A DNA stretch of 64,000 nucleotides from Candidatus Omnitrophota bacterium (lineage in GTDB: Bacteria > Omnitrophota > Gorgyraeia > Tantalellales > Tantalellaceae), in the NCBI GenBank assembly GCA_049642065.1, contig JBAROK010000047.1, positions 15,143 through 79,142 of the forward strand, read 5' to 3'. The notes beneath the pieces were generated by a model that worked only from the letters and a program-made list of their open reading frames with translations, searched no databases and was not told where the DNA came from. This document shows positions 1 to 9,098 of this stretch, one piece after another (the first letter of the stretch is position 1; each line of letters opens with the position of its first letter). Made by a program: the position numbers and the translations under genes.

Positions 1-96
1 CCAAAACAGAAGAAGGTTTATACTTCTGAAGTTTTTCCAAAGTTTATCAAAGAAATAATAAGAAGTGGCGGGTTGATGAAATACGCCAAGAAATAA
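1..96 (+). CDS. 3' end (31 codons) of an unidentified upstream gene running in from the window edge
   Basis: Open frame 1 from base 1 to TAA at 94-96; too short to assign a family. Confidence 0.25.
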   Translation, partial: PKQKKVYTSEVFPKFIKEIIRSGGLMKYAKK

Positions 97-133
97 GGAT
101 AAAACCTGCAAGCCAGGTTTAGAAGGAGGAGAA

Positions 134-1186
134 ATGTATAAGATCGCAATTTTACCGGGAGATGGTACAGGCCCGGAAGTAGTCCAGGAGGGACTGAAAG
201 TACTGGATGCTGTCACGGAGAAGACAGGGATAAAATACGAAAAGATTGAGTACAATCTGGGGGGCGAACGCTACAAAAAGACAGGTGAGATACTTCCTGA
301 CAGCGTGCTTGACGAATTAAGGACTGTTGACGCCATATTTCTCGGGGCTATAGGCCATCCGGATGTCAAACCCGGTATATTGGAGAAGGGTCTTTTGTTA
401 AGTTTGCGGTTTGCACTCGATCAGTACATAAATCTCAGGCCGGTAAAACTGTACCCAGGAGTGGAGACGCCGTTAAAGGATAAGGGCCCTGAGGATATAG
501 ACTTTGTCGTAGTCAGAGAAAATACCGAGGGGCTATATTCGGGGACCGGAGGAGGAATCAAAAAAGGCACTCCGGATGAGGTTGCTATACAGACTTCAGT
601 GAATACCCGGAAAGGTGTCGAGAGATGTCTGAGGTACGCTTTTGAGTATACGAAAAAACGCAACAAAGATAAGACTCTCATGCTGGTAGGCAAAACGAAC
701 GTGCTTACACACGCTTTTGATCTCTGGGAAAGAGCTTTCCACGAAGTAGGCGAAAAAGATTATCCGGGCATCAAGAGAGATTACGCTCATGTTGATGCCA
801 CGTGTATGTGGATGGTGAAAAACCCCGAATGGTTCGATGTGCTTGTGACGGACAATATGTTCGGTGACATAATTACCGATCTGGGGGCAATGATCCAGGG
901 TGGTATGGGTATAGCCGCAGGCGGTAACATCAATCCTGAAGGCGTATCTATGTTCGAGCCGATAGGCGGATCAGCACCGAAATATACCGGCAAGAACGTG
1001 ATCAATCCTCTTGCTGCTATAAGCGCTGCGGGTATGATGATGGAGATCCTTGGGGAGGACAAAGCCGCCCAGATGATCGAGAAGGCGGTTATGGAAGTGA
1101 CCGGCACTAAACTTAAAAGCCTTTCGGCAGGCAAGATGGGATACTCCACTACCGAGGTTGGGGATCTTGTAGTCGATGCGCTGTAA
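134..1186 (+). CDS. Isopropylmalate/isocitrate/homoisocitrate dehydrogenase family protein (LeuB-like)
   Basis: N-terminal IAILPGDGTGPEV motif and overall 350-aa layout typical of beta-decarboxylating dehydrogenases; RBS GGAGGAG upstream. Confidence 0.7.
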   Translation: MYKIAILPGDGTGPEVVQEGLKVLDAVTEKTGIKYEKIEYNLGGERYKKTGEILPDSVLDELRTVDAIFLGAIGHPDVKPGILEKGLLLSLRFALDQYINLRPVKLYPGVETPLKDKGPEDIDFVVVRENTEGLYSGTGGGIKKGTPDEVAIQTSVNTRKGVERCLRYAFEYTKKRNKDKTLMLVGKTNVLTHAFDLWERAFHEVGEKDYPGIKRDYAHVDATCMWMVKNPEWFDVLVTDNMFGDIITDLGAMIQGGMGIAAGGNINPEGVSMFEPIGGSAPKYTGKNVINPLAAISAAGMMMEILGEDKAAQMIEKAVMEVTGTKLKSLSAGKMGYSTTEVGDLVVDAL

Positions 1187-1223
1187 AGAATAAACAAGAA
1201 GCATATATTTCGAGGGAGACTAT

Positions 1224-2273
1224 ATGTTACAGAAAAAAGACAAATATAACGTTGCGGTGATGGGTGCGACTGGTGCTGTCGGTACCCAGTTCCTATCGAT
1301 ACTGGCGGAAAGAGATTTCCCGATAGATGAACTGCGTCTTTTGGCTAGTGAGCGATCAAAAGGAAGAACACTAAAGTTCAAGGGCGTAGAGCAGCCTGTA
1401 CAGGTGCTCAGTGAAGACTCTTTCAACGGGATAGATATCGTTCTGGCTTCTGCCGGAGCATCAAGGAGCAAACAGTTCCTGCCGCATGCTGTTAAAGCAG
1501 GTGCCGTTTGTGTGGACAACTCAAGCGCTTACAGGATGGACGATGAAGTGCCTCTGGTGGTGCCTGAGGTCAATCCGCACGCCGTAGAAGGACATAAAGG
1601 TATAATAGCGAACCCGAACTGTTCCACGATACAGATGGTTCTTCCTCTTTGTGCGGTACATAAGGTTGCCGGTATCAAAAGGATAGTTGTCAGCACGTAC
1701 CAGTCGGTATCGGGCGCGGGTCAGCAGAACATCTTGGAGATGGAAAAACAAGTAATGCAGCTAAGCAATAAGGAATCACATTACGGTGTAGGAGAGCATA
1801 CAGTTCCAGATGATATGGTCAAAGAGTTTACCCATCAGATAGCATATAATCTGATACCGCACATAGACGTCTTTATGGATAATTCCTATACGAAGGAAGA
1901 AATAAAGATGGTCAATGAGACGCGTAAGATAATGGAATTGCCTGAACTGGCCGTTACGGCTACCTGCGTAAGGGTACCGGTTTATTTTGCTCACTCCGAG
2001 TGCGTGAATATAGAGACAGAAAAGAAGATCACCAGGGAAGAAGCCATAGCGGCCATGAAAGATTTCCCAGGGATCGTTGTTGTTGATGATCCGTCCGCGA
2101 ACGAGTATCCTATGCCTATCAACGCTGAAGGCAAAGATGCGACGTTTGTCGGAAGGGTTAGAGAAGACGACTCGGTTGCGAATGGACTCAACATGTGGGT
2201 AGTCGCAGACAACCTTCGCAAGGGCGCAGCCCTTAACGCCATCCAGATAGCGGAATTGCTTATTAAGGGGTAA
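1224..2273 (+). CDS. asd: Aspartate-semialdehyde dehydrogenase
   Basis: NVAVMGATGAVG Rossmann N-terminus, active-site NCST motif, length 349 aa. Confidence 0.85.
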   Translation: MLQKKDKYNVAVMGATGAVGTQFLSILAERDFPIDELRLLASERSKGRTLKFKGVEQPVQVLSEDSFNGIDIVLASAGASRSKQFLPHAVKAGAVCVDNSSAYRMDDEVPLVVPEVNPHAVEGHKGIIANPNCSTIQMVLPLCAVHKVAGIKRIVVSTYQSVSGAGQQNILEMEKQVMQLSNKESHYGVGEHTVPDDMVKEFTHQIAYNLIPHIDVFMDNSYTKEEIKMVNETRKIMELPELAVTATCVRVPVYFAHSECVNIETEKKITREEAIAAMKDFPGIVVVDDPSANEYPMPINAEGKDATFVGRVREDDSVANGLNMWVVADNLRKGAALNAIQIAELLIKG

Positions 2274-2288
2274 AAAACCTTACCCCTT
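2265..2288 (+). other. 9-bp perfect hairpin (AAGGGGTAA / TTACCCCTT) overlapping the asd stop codon
   Basis: Inverted repeat read directly; no T-tract, so function (attenuator/terminator/none) unclear. Confidence 0.3.
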
Positions 2289-2300
2289 AACGGGCTTATC

Positions 2301-3035
2301 ATGCGTAATATCAAACTTACTATAAGCTATGACGGTACGAATTATAAAGGCTGGCAGGTTCAGCCGAACGGCTGCACCATACAGGAAGAGATAGAGAAAG
2401 CCGTCAAGAAGGTTTTTGGCAAGAAACACTGCGTTCATGGCGCGGGTAGGACCGATGCCGGCGTTCACGCCCGAGCGCAGGTCGCAAATTTTAAAGCAGT
2501 TAGCGATATACCGGCAGAAAATATTCAACCCGCTTTGAACGCGCTGTTGCCAAAAGACATAGCTATTACCGGGGCAGAAGAAGTCGCAATAGATTTTCAT
2601 TCCAGATTTAGCGCCAAGTCAAAACATTACAGTTACAATATCCTCAGCCAGAAACACAGAGATCCCTTTGTTGAGAGATACTCCTGGAGAGTAACGTATC
2701 GCTTGGATATTCCTCTTATGAAGAAAGAGGCGGAATGTCTGGTAGGCCGGCATGATTTCAAGTCTTTCCAGGCAAGCGACAAGAGGGAAAAGTCTTCAGT
2801 GCGCAGGATTACCAGCGTTAATATCAAAAGGAAAAAGTCCGGTATCACCGTGGATATAGTAGGGGACGGCTTCCTCTATAACATGGTTCGCAATATAGTC
2901 GGTACGCTGGTAGATATTGGCAGAGGCTACCTGCCGCAGGGAAGCATGAAGGAGATCCTCAGAGAGAAGGACAGAAGAGAAGCGGGTCCCACGGCCCCCG
3001 CTAAAGGCCTGTTCCTGGTAGAAGTCACGTATTAA
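2301..3035 (+). CDS. truA: tRNA pseudouridine(38-40) synthase
   Basis: ISYDGTNYKGWQ, RTDAGVHA catalytic-Asp motif, 244 aa. Confidence 0.85.
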   Translation: MRNIKLTISYDGTNYKGWQVQPNGCTIQEEIEKAVKKVFGKKHCVHGAGRTDAGVHARAQVANFKAVSDIPAENIQPALNALLPKDIAITGAEEVAIDFHSRFSAKSKHYSYNILSQKHRDPFVERYSWRVTYRLDIPLMKKEAECLVGRHDFKSFQASDKREKSSVRRITSVNIKRKKSGITVDIVGDGFLYNMVRNIVGTLVDIGRGYLPQGSMKEILREKDRREAGPTAPAKGLFLVEVTY

Positions 3036-3075
3036 TTTCCTCTTAAAATACCCCTAAAAAAACCACAAAAAGTAT

Positions 3076-3104
3076 TTGACAAGTATTTATACTTGTTATA
3101 TACT
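3076..3104 (+). promoter_or_regulatory. Sigma-70-like promoter TTGACA-N17-TATACT
   Basis: Consensus -35 at 3076-3081 and -10 at 3099-3104, read directly; flanked by direct repeats. Confidence 0.4.
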
Positions 3105-3111
3105 TGTTATA
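3090..3111 (+). repeat. Perfect tandem direct repeat 2 x TACTTGTTATA overlapping the -10 (plus AGTATTT x2 flanking the -35)
   Basis: Seen directly in sequence; operator-like arrangement. Confidence 0.6.
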
Positions 3112-3200
3112 GTGATGGAACATAAAAAAGGGCGGACGATGAAGTTATCGTGGAGTGTAGGATTTCTGGGGCATCTAGCAATACTAATCAATAGGGCTAT

Positions 3201-3371
3201 ATGAAGAAGAAGCTACAGTTCAAATTCAATGCTACAGTATCTGACAGGGGGCAGATCTTTATCCCCAAAGTCCTGCAAAACTATTTTGATATTAAGAATA
3301 GGGACATGGTTTCGTTCGTCGTCCAGGCAGATGGAAGTGTCGTTTTTAAGAAGAAGGAAGGAGTGAAGTGA
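3201..3371 (+). CDS. AbrB/MazE/SpoVT-type swapped-hairpin DNA-binding protein (56 aa)
   Basis: Translated by hand (not in ORF track, below its 60-aa length cut-off): MKKKLQFKFNATVSDRGQIFIPKVLQNYFDIKNRDMVSFVVQADGSVVFKKKEGVK; GQIFIPK..(loop)..GD/RD..V motif typical of the AbrB-N fold. Confidence 0.6.
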   Translation: MKKKLQFKFNATVSDRGQIFIPKVLQNYFDIKNRDMVSFVVQADGSVVFKKKEGVK

Positions 3372-3544
3372 TGACTAAAAAACTTCATACTCACAAGGTG
3401 ACGCTTAATGAAAAGCGTCGACAGAACAAGAAAGCGAACGATGCACGGAGGAAAGGTGGCAAGAAGGGGACGGTCGAACAGGTTTTCAACGCGTATTACA
3501 AGGATCAGGTAAGAGCCCTTTATAAGGTCATTTCCGAAGGATAA
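3371..3544 (+). CDS. Hypothetical 57-aa highly basic protein, start overlaps upstream stop (TGATG)
   Basis: MTKKLHTHKVTLNEKRRQNKKANDARRKGGKKGTVEQVFNAYYKDQVRALYKVISEG; translational coupling; no family recognised. Confidence 0.4.
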   Translation: MTKKLHTHKVTLNEKRRQNKKANDARRKGGKKGTVEQVFNAYYKDQVRALYKVISEG

Positions 3545-3596
3545 TGCGTACGTTTTAGCGGAAAAGCCTTAGATTGCGGCAGGTTAAATATGTAGG

Positions 3597-3631
3597 GCTC
3601 AGACCTCAAATTCTCGGAGGTCTGAGCTTGT
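3597..3631 (+). other. 11-bp perfect GC-rich hairpin (GCTCAGACCTC / GAGGTCTGAGC) upstream of rplM
   Basis: Inverted repeat read directly; no T-tract; could be a terminator for the small two-gene module or an r-protein leader structure. Confidence 0.4.
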
Positions 3632-3786
3632 GCAAGGTGAAAATCTCTACCCGCGTAATAACTCTTGACAAAATACCCCCAAATGTGTTAATTTCTATAA
3701 CTCTGAATTCATCCGGATTCGGCTCAGCAAGAGCTGTATAATCTAGATAAATCAATATAATTGACTAACTTAAGGGAAGATGTACG

Positions 3787-4218
3787 ATGATGAAGACTAA
3801 GATGATAAAACATCAGGATACCGAGCACGATTGGTATCTGATCGATCTGGACGACAAGATTCTGGGTAGGGCAGCTACTCAGATAGCTACTTTGCTTATG
3901 GGAAAGAACCGTCCTGATTTTACCAGGCACGTGGATAACGGTGCCGGGGTCGTTGTGATAAACTGTGACAAGGTAAAGGTGACGGGTAAGAAAAGCGAAC
4001 AGAAGGTATATAAAAGCTTTTCCGGGTATCCCAGTGGACAGAAAGTGACCTCTTACGAGAAAATGAAAGAGAAAGACCCAAAACATATAATAAAGCACGC
4101 GGTAAAAGGTATGCTGCCCAAGAACAAGATTGGCGCACGCATGCTTAAACGATTGAAGCTATACGTGGGTGAGGAGCATCCTCACGAGGCACAACAACCC
4201 AAAGAGATAAAGGCATAA
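3787..4218 (+). CDS. rplM: 50S ribosomal protein L13
   Basis: [19 protein letters not shown]... typical L13 N-terminus, 143 aa. Confidence 0.9.
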   Translation: MMKTKMIKHQDTEHDWYLIDLDDKILGRAATQIATLLMGKNRPDFTRHVDNGAGVVVINCDKVKVTGKKSEQKVYKSFSGYPSGQKVTSYEKMKEKDPKHIIKHAVKGMLPKNKIGARMLKRLKLYVGEEHPHEAQQPKEIKA

Positions 4219-4232
4219 AAGGACGAGGTAAT

Positions 4233-4631
4233 TTGATGGAAACATTAACTGAATACATAGCTGTAGGTAGACGTAAAGAGTCAGTGGCCAGGGTCAGGTT
4301 ACGTCCCGGTAGCGGAAATATCAAGGTCAATAAGAGAGGCTTTGAAGACTATTTTCCGAGGGAAACGGACAGGATTGTTGTCATGCAGCCGATGGAGAAG
4401 ACTGGTACTATGGACAAGTTCGACATCATAGCTACGATAGATGGTGGTGGTATCAGTGGACAGGCTGGGGCTCTCAGACACGGTATAGCAAGAGCTCTGA
4501 TCGAGAGCGACGAGAACCTCAGACTTGCCCTGAAAAAAGACGGGTTTCTTACTCGTGATCCCAGGGCAAAAGAAAGGAAGAAGTACGGTCAGAAGAGGGC
4601 CCGTAAACACTTCCAGTTCTCTAAACGTTAA
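4233..4631 (+). CDS. rpsI: 30S ribosomal protein S9
   Basis: [19 protein letters not shown] ... [18 protein letters not shown]-terminus. Confidence 0.9.
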   Translation: MMETLTEYIAVGRRKESVARVRLRPGSGNIKVNKRGFEDYFPRETDRIVVMQPMEKTGTMDKFDIIATIDGGGISGQAGALRHGIARALIESDENLRLALKKDGFLTRDPRAKERKKYGQKRARKHFQFSKR

Positions 4632-4656
4632 CACAGCTGCAAGCAGCTTTCTAAAA

Positions 4657-4690
4657 GCGGGTCACTTGGAAAAGTGGCCCGCTTTTTTTT
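4657..4690 (+). terminator. Rho-independent terminator after rpsI
   Basis: GCGGGTCAC-loop-GTGGCCCGC stem followed by T8. Confidence 0.7.
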
Positions 4691-4709
4691 AGCAGAGGGG
4701 TGATTATGG

Positions 4710-4738
4710 TTGACATGATAAGGCATTTATTCTATACT
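4710..4738 (+). promoter_or_regulatory. Sigma-70-like promoter TTGACA-N17-TATACT ahead of the arg operon
   Basis: Consensus hexamers read directly, ~80 nt upstream of argC. Confidence 0.4.
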
Positions 4739-4818
4739 TGGATTTTTACGGTTTGATTAATATTATTTATAAGCTTAATTATATACATTATTTAGGCGGT
4801 TTTTTATATTAAGGAGGC

Positions 4819-5835
4819 ATGATGGTCAAGGTTGGTGTAATAGGTTCGACCGGGTATTCAGGGCAGGAACTGGTGGACGTTCTTCTGAAAAATCCCGAGG
4901 TTGAGGTAACATGCCTGACAGCCCGGTTCGATAAGAAAACCGAATATACGGACGTGTATCCGCGGTTCAAAGACAGGATATCTCTTGTCTGTGAGGATCT
5001 TGATGTGGTAAAAGTGTCCGGTAAATGCGATGTGGTCTTTTTGGCGCTTCCGCATACCGTTTCGATGGATTTTGCGCAAGAGTTCCTCGCAAAAGGCAAG
5101 AAAGTGATAGACTTAAGCGCTGACTACAGGCTCCCGTCGGATATTTACCAGAAGTGGTACGCTAAAGAGCATTCAGACAAGGCGAATATAGAAAAGGCTG
5201 TTTACGGGCTTCCGGAGCTTTACCGTGAAGCTATTAAGTCAGCGGATCTGGTGGCGAACCCCGGTTGTTATCCCACGGGTGTTATATTAGGGCTTCTGCC
5301 GGTGATAAAAGATATCCAGGCCAAGGGATCCAGTATTATCATCGATTCCAAAAGCGGGACGAGTGGAGCTGGACGCAAAGCTTCAGTGTCGTTATCTTTT
5401 ACCGAAGTGGATGAGAACTTCAAGTGTTACAAGGCTAACGAGCATCAGCATATGCCTGAAATCGAGAACGTTCTTTCCGGGGTTTGCGGCAGTGAAGTAA
5501 AAGTGAATTTTACTCCGCATCTTTTGCCGGTAAAACGGGGGATATTGTCGACGATCTACGTACCGCATGAAGGTCTTCCTGCGGAAGATAAAGTGCACCA
5601 GATGTTCAGTGAAAGGTTCAAGGATGAACCTTTTGTTCGGGTCAAACCTCTGGGGATTCTGCCGGAACTAGCGGATGTTACTTATACGAATTTCTGTGAT
5701 ATAGGCGTGAAAGTAGCCAAAGATATGTTGATAGTAGTGACAGTGATAGACAATTTACTGAAAGGTGCCAGCGGACAGGCCGTGCAGAACATGAACATCA
5801 TGTGCGGTATTGACGAAAAAGCTGGGTTAATGTAA
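4819..5835 (+). CDS. argC: N-acetyl-gamma-glutamyl-phosphate reductase
   Basis: VGVIGSTGYSGQEL N-terminus, active-site PGCYPT motif. Confidence 0.9.
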   Translation: MMVKVGVIGSTGYSGQELVDVLLKNPEVEVTCLTARFDKKTEYTDVYPRFKDRISLVCEDLDVVKVSGKCDVVFLALPHTVSMDFAQEFLAKGKKVIDLSADYRLPSDIYQKWYAKEHSDKANIEKAVYGLPELYREAIKSADLVANPGCYPTGVILGLLPVIKDIQAKGSSIIIDSKSGTSGAGRKASVSLSFTEVDENFKCYKANEHQHMPEIENVLSGVCGSEVKVNFTPHLLPVKRGILSTIYVPHEGLPAEDKVHQMFSERFKDEPFVRVKPLGILPELADVTYTNFCDIGVKVAKDMLIVVTVIDNLLKGASGQAVQNMNIMCGIDEKAGLM

Positions 5836-5846
5836 ATAGGAGAAAA

Positions 5847-7037
5847 ATGATAAAGCACAAGTTGCCAAAAGGGTTCCTGGCTAACGGGATTTATTGCGGG
5901 GTTAAGAAAAAGAGGAAGGACCTGTCTCTTATCTGTTCCGAGAAACTTTGCAAGGTAGCGGCGGTTTTTACCAGTAACGTTGTCAAGGCCGCGCCGGTTA
6001 TTATGGCGCAGCGGCAGCTTAAAAAGAATGGTCTTGTAAAAGCCATTGTGATAAACAGCGGTAACGCTAACTGTATGACGGGTAGGCAGGGGCTTAAGGA
6101 TGCCAGGGAGATAGCGAGCCGTATGGCTAAACTGATCAAAGCGAAAGCAGATCAAGTGCTCACTTCAAGTACGGGGATAATCGGTGAGCTTATGCCTATG
6201 AAACCGATGATCAAGGGTATGCCGAAGCTGGTGAATGGGCTATCTAAGAACGGGTTGCTCGAAGCAGCTGAAGGCATAATGACGACCGATAGTTTCAGTA
6301 AGATATCGTCAAGGACCTTTACTCTGGGAGGGAAGAAGATACGGATTACCGGTATTGCCAAGGGTGCGGGTATGATAGATCCGAGCATGGCTACTATGCT
6401 TTGTTATATCATGACGGATGTTAATATCTCGAAGAAGTTTCTTCAGGAAGCTTTAAGCGCAAGCAACGAGATATCGTTCAACGCGATCACGGTTGATGGC
6501 GATATGAGCACTAACGATACTGTTATGCTTTTGGCTAACGGCGAAGCGGGCAATAAGCTGATCGATGGCAATAGCAGTGAGTTCAAAGTTTTTCAGGATA
6601 ACCTTAACGGTGTCTGCAGTGACCTGGCTAAGATGGTAGTGCGTGACGGGGAAGGCGCGAGCAAGTTCATCGAAGTGAACGTTAAAGGGGCAAAGAACGA
6701 TAAAGATGCTAAGCAAATGGCGGATGCCATTGCCGGATCGTTACTTGTAAAATGCGCTGTTCTTGGCGGTGACCCCAACTGGGGACGTATCGCCTCATCG
6801 GCGGGATCCAGCGGGGTTAAGTTCAACCCGGAAAAGATAGAGATAGCTTTAGATGGGGTAACGTTCTTTAAGAACGGTAAGGCTCAAGCTCATGTGAACC
6901 GGAAATCGAGTTCGGTGTTCAAGAAAAAGGACGTCAAAATAGAAGTTAACGTGCATAGCGGAAAAGGTAAAGCTATAGCTTACAGCTGTGATATATCGAA
7001 GAAATACATTACGCTGAATTCGTATTACACAACATAA
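5847..7037 (+). CDS. argJ: Bifunctional glutamate N-acetyltransferase / ornithine acetyltransferase
   Basis: ArgJ family; autoproteolysis-site ATML motif present (SMATMLCYI). Confidence 0.85.
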   Translation: MIKHKLPKGFLANGIYCGVKKKRKDLSLICSEKLCKVAAVFTSNVVKAAPVIMAQRQLKKNGLVKAIVINSGNANCMTGRQGLKDAREIASRMAKLIKAKADQVLTSSTGIIGELMPMKPMIKGMPKLVNGLSKNGLLEAAEGIMTTDSFSKISSRTFTLGGKKIRITGIAKGAGMIDPSMATMLCYIMTDVNISKKFLQEALSASNEISFNAITVDGDMSTNDTVMLLANGEAGNKLIDGNSSEFKVFQDNLNGVCSDLAKMVVRDGEGASKFIEVNVKGAKNDKDAKQMADAIAGSLLVKCAVLGGDPNWGRIASSAGSSGVKFNPEKIEIALDGVTFFKNGKAQAHVNRKSSSVFKKKDVKIEVNVHSGKGKAIAYSCDISKKYITLNSYYTT

Positions 7038-7050
7038 ACTGGAGTTTAGG

Positions 7051-7905
7051 ATGGAAGAAGCGATCAAGAAGAGTGAAGTACTGATAGAGGCGTTGCCGTA
7101 CATAAAGAAGTTTTTCAACAAGGTAGTTGTCGTTAAGTTCGGTGGCAGTTCCCTGCATGAAGATGATACCCGGAAGATGGTACTGCAGGATATGGTGTTC
7201 ATGCGTTATGCGGGCATGAAACCCGTGCTTGTCCACGGGGGAGGGCCTAACATAACTGAAAGTCTAAAGAAAGCTGATATCGAGACAAAGTTCGTGGATG
7301 GTTTGCGTGTTACGTGCGAAAAATCCATGGGTGTTGTCGATTCGGTGCTTATGGATGTTAACAGTGATCTTGTGAATGAGATAAATGAACTCGGCGGGGA
7401 AGCGTTCGGCCTTAGCGGTAAAGAGAATAACATGATACAGGCGGTCAAACGTGAAGGACCAGATCTGGGGTATGTGGGCAGTGTAGAAGCAATCGATACG
7501 ACTATACTGAACCGACTTATAGATACGAACATTATTCCCGTTATATGTCCCGTTGGCAAGGGTAAGGACAATAAACTTTACAACATAAACGCTGATGAGG
7601 CTGCCAGTAATCTTGCGATAGCGCTGGATGCTGAGAAATTTGTTGTGCTTACGAACGTGCGTGGAGTTATGAAGGAAAAGGAGCATCCGGAAACTTTGTT
7701 CCATTCACTCACGCTCGAGATGGCTAACCATCTGATCGAAACGGGTGTTATCGAAGAGGGTATGGTACCTAAGACCAGGGCCTGTCTTCATGCGTTAAGG
7801 GGCAACGTAGGGAAAGCACATATTGTTAACGCGACTCTTTCGCATGCGCTATTGCTTGAGATATTTACCGATAAAGGTATCGGCACGGAGATAGTACACG
7901 GATAA
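7051..7905 (+). CDS. argB: Acetylglutamate kinase
   Basis: VVKFGGS ... LVHGGGP amino-acid kinase motifs. Confidence 0.85.
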   Translation: MEEAIKKSEVLIEALPYIKKFFNKVVVVKFGGSSLHEDDTRKMVLQDMVFMRYAGMKPVLVHGGGPNITESLKKADIETKFVDGLRVTCEKSMGVVDSVLMDVNSDLVNEINELGGEAFGLSGKENNMIQAVKREGPDLGYVGSVEAIDTTILNRLIDTNIIPVICPVGKGKDNKLYNINADEAASNLAIALDAEKFVVLTNVRGVMKEKEHPETLFHSLTLEMANHLIETGVIEEGMVPKTRACLHALRGNVGKAHIVNATLSHALLLEIFTDKGIGTEIVHG

Positions 7906-7916
7906 GGGAGATACAA

Positions 7917-9098
7917 ATGGACCTTAATGAGATCAAAAAGCTGTATGACAGTTACGTGCTTTCTACGTACACGCGGCAGGATCTTTGCCTGGTAAAAGGC
8001 GAAGGAGCGTGGGTAGAAGATATAGACGGGAAAAAGTATCTGGATTTTTTCCCGGGTTGGGCCGTTAGCGGTATCGGGCACAGGCATCCTAAGGTAGTTA
8101 AGAGGCTTCAGGATCAGCTCGGTAAGATACTGCATGTCTCGAACAATTTTTATAACGATATGCAACCTATTCTTGCTGAGAAGATAATCGAGCATTCGTT
8201 CACGGGACGAGTCTTTTTTTCCAATTCCGGTTCTGAAGCTAACGAAGGTGCTATAAAACTGGCACGCAAGTACGGTAACCCGGATAGGTACGAGATCATA
8301 ACGATGGAAAAATCTTTCCATGGCCGTACGTTGGCTACTTTGACGGCTACAGGGCAAGATAAGGTAAAGAAAGGGTTTTCGCCGCTGCCGGAAGGGTTCA
8401 AGCACATTCCGTTCAATGATATTGACGCGTTCAAAAATGCGGTAACGGATAAGACTGTAGCCGTTATGATAGAGCCCGTGCAGGGAGAGGGCGGGATAAA
8501 CGTAGCTGGTGAAGCATACATAAAAGAGCTAGCAGGTATTTGCAAGGAAAAGGATATCCTGCTCATCATGGACGAGGTTCAGACCTGTATGGGGCGTACA
8601 GGTGAGATGTTCGCGTATAAGCATTTCGGTATTGAACCTGATGCTATAACATTGGCTAAGTCTTTGGGCGGAGGTCTTCCAATAGGTGCGCTTGTTGTAA
8701 GCGAGCGACTTAAAGACGTTTTATCCGCGGGCACGCACGCATCGACTTTCGGGGGCAGCCCGATAGTGTGTGCGGCAGCACTCGGGGTGTTTGAAGCTAT
8801 AGAAGAAGAAGGTTTGCTGGAGAATACCGTCAAGATGGGCGCCTATCTGGCAGATAAACTTAATGAGATGAAGGAAAACGGTAACGTTGTCCAGGAAGTT
8901 AAAGGTAAAGGGCTCATGATAGGCGTCAAGCTGGGCATTGAGGACGCCTCAGCTGTAATAGAAAAATGTGTCGAACTGGGACTTTTAATAAACTGTACGC
9001 AGAAAAACGTGCTGCGCATTATGCCTCCTGTGACCGTCTCAAAAGAAGAGATTGACCTGGCACTGGAAAAACTTTCAAAAGCGCTGGAAGGAATATGA
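7917..9098 (+). CDS. argD: Acetylornithine aminotransferase (class III PLP)
   Basis: Class-III aminotransferase layout, DEVQTCMGRTG PLP-lysine region. Confidence 0.8.
   Translation: MDLNEIKKLYDSYVLSTYTRQDLCLVKGEGAWVEDIDGKKYLDFFPGWAVSGIGHRHPKVVKRLQDQLGKILHVSNNFYNDMQPILAEKIIEHSFTGRVFFSNSGSEANEGAIKLARKYGNPDRYEIITMEKSFHGRTLATLTATGQDKVKKGFSPLPEGFKHIPFNDIDAFKNAVTDKTVAVMIEPVQGEGGINVAGEAYIKELAGICKEKDILLIMDEVQTCMGRTGEMFAYKHFGIEPDAITLAKSLGGGLPIGALVVSERLKDVLSAGTHASTFGGSPIVCAAALGVFEAIEEEGLLENTVKMGAYLADKLNEMKENGNVVQEVKGKGLMIGVKLGIEDASAVIEKCVELGLLINCTQKNVLRIMPPVTVSKEEIDLALEKLSKALEGI

Noticed and set aside
7788-8405. 205-aa minus-strand ORF
   Set aside because: Antisense to the argB/argD junction. The plus-strand genes are well supported, and no motif was recognised.
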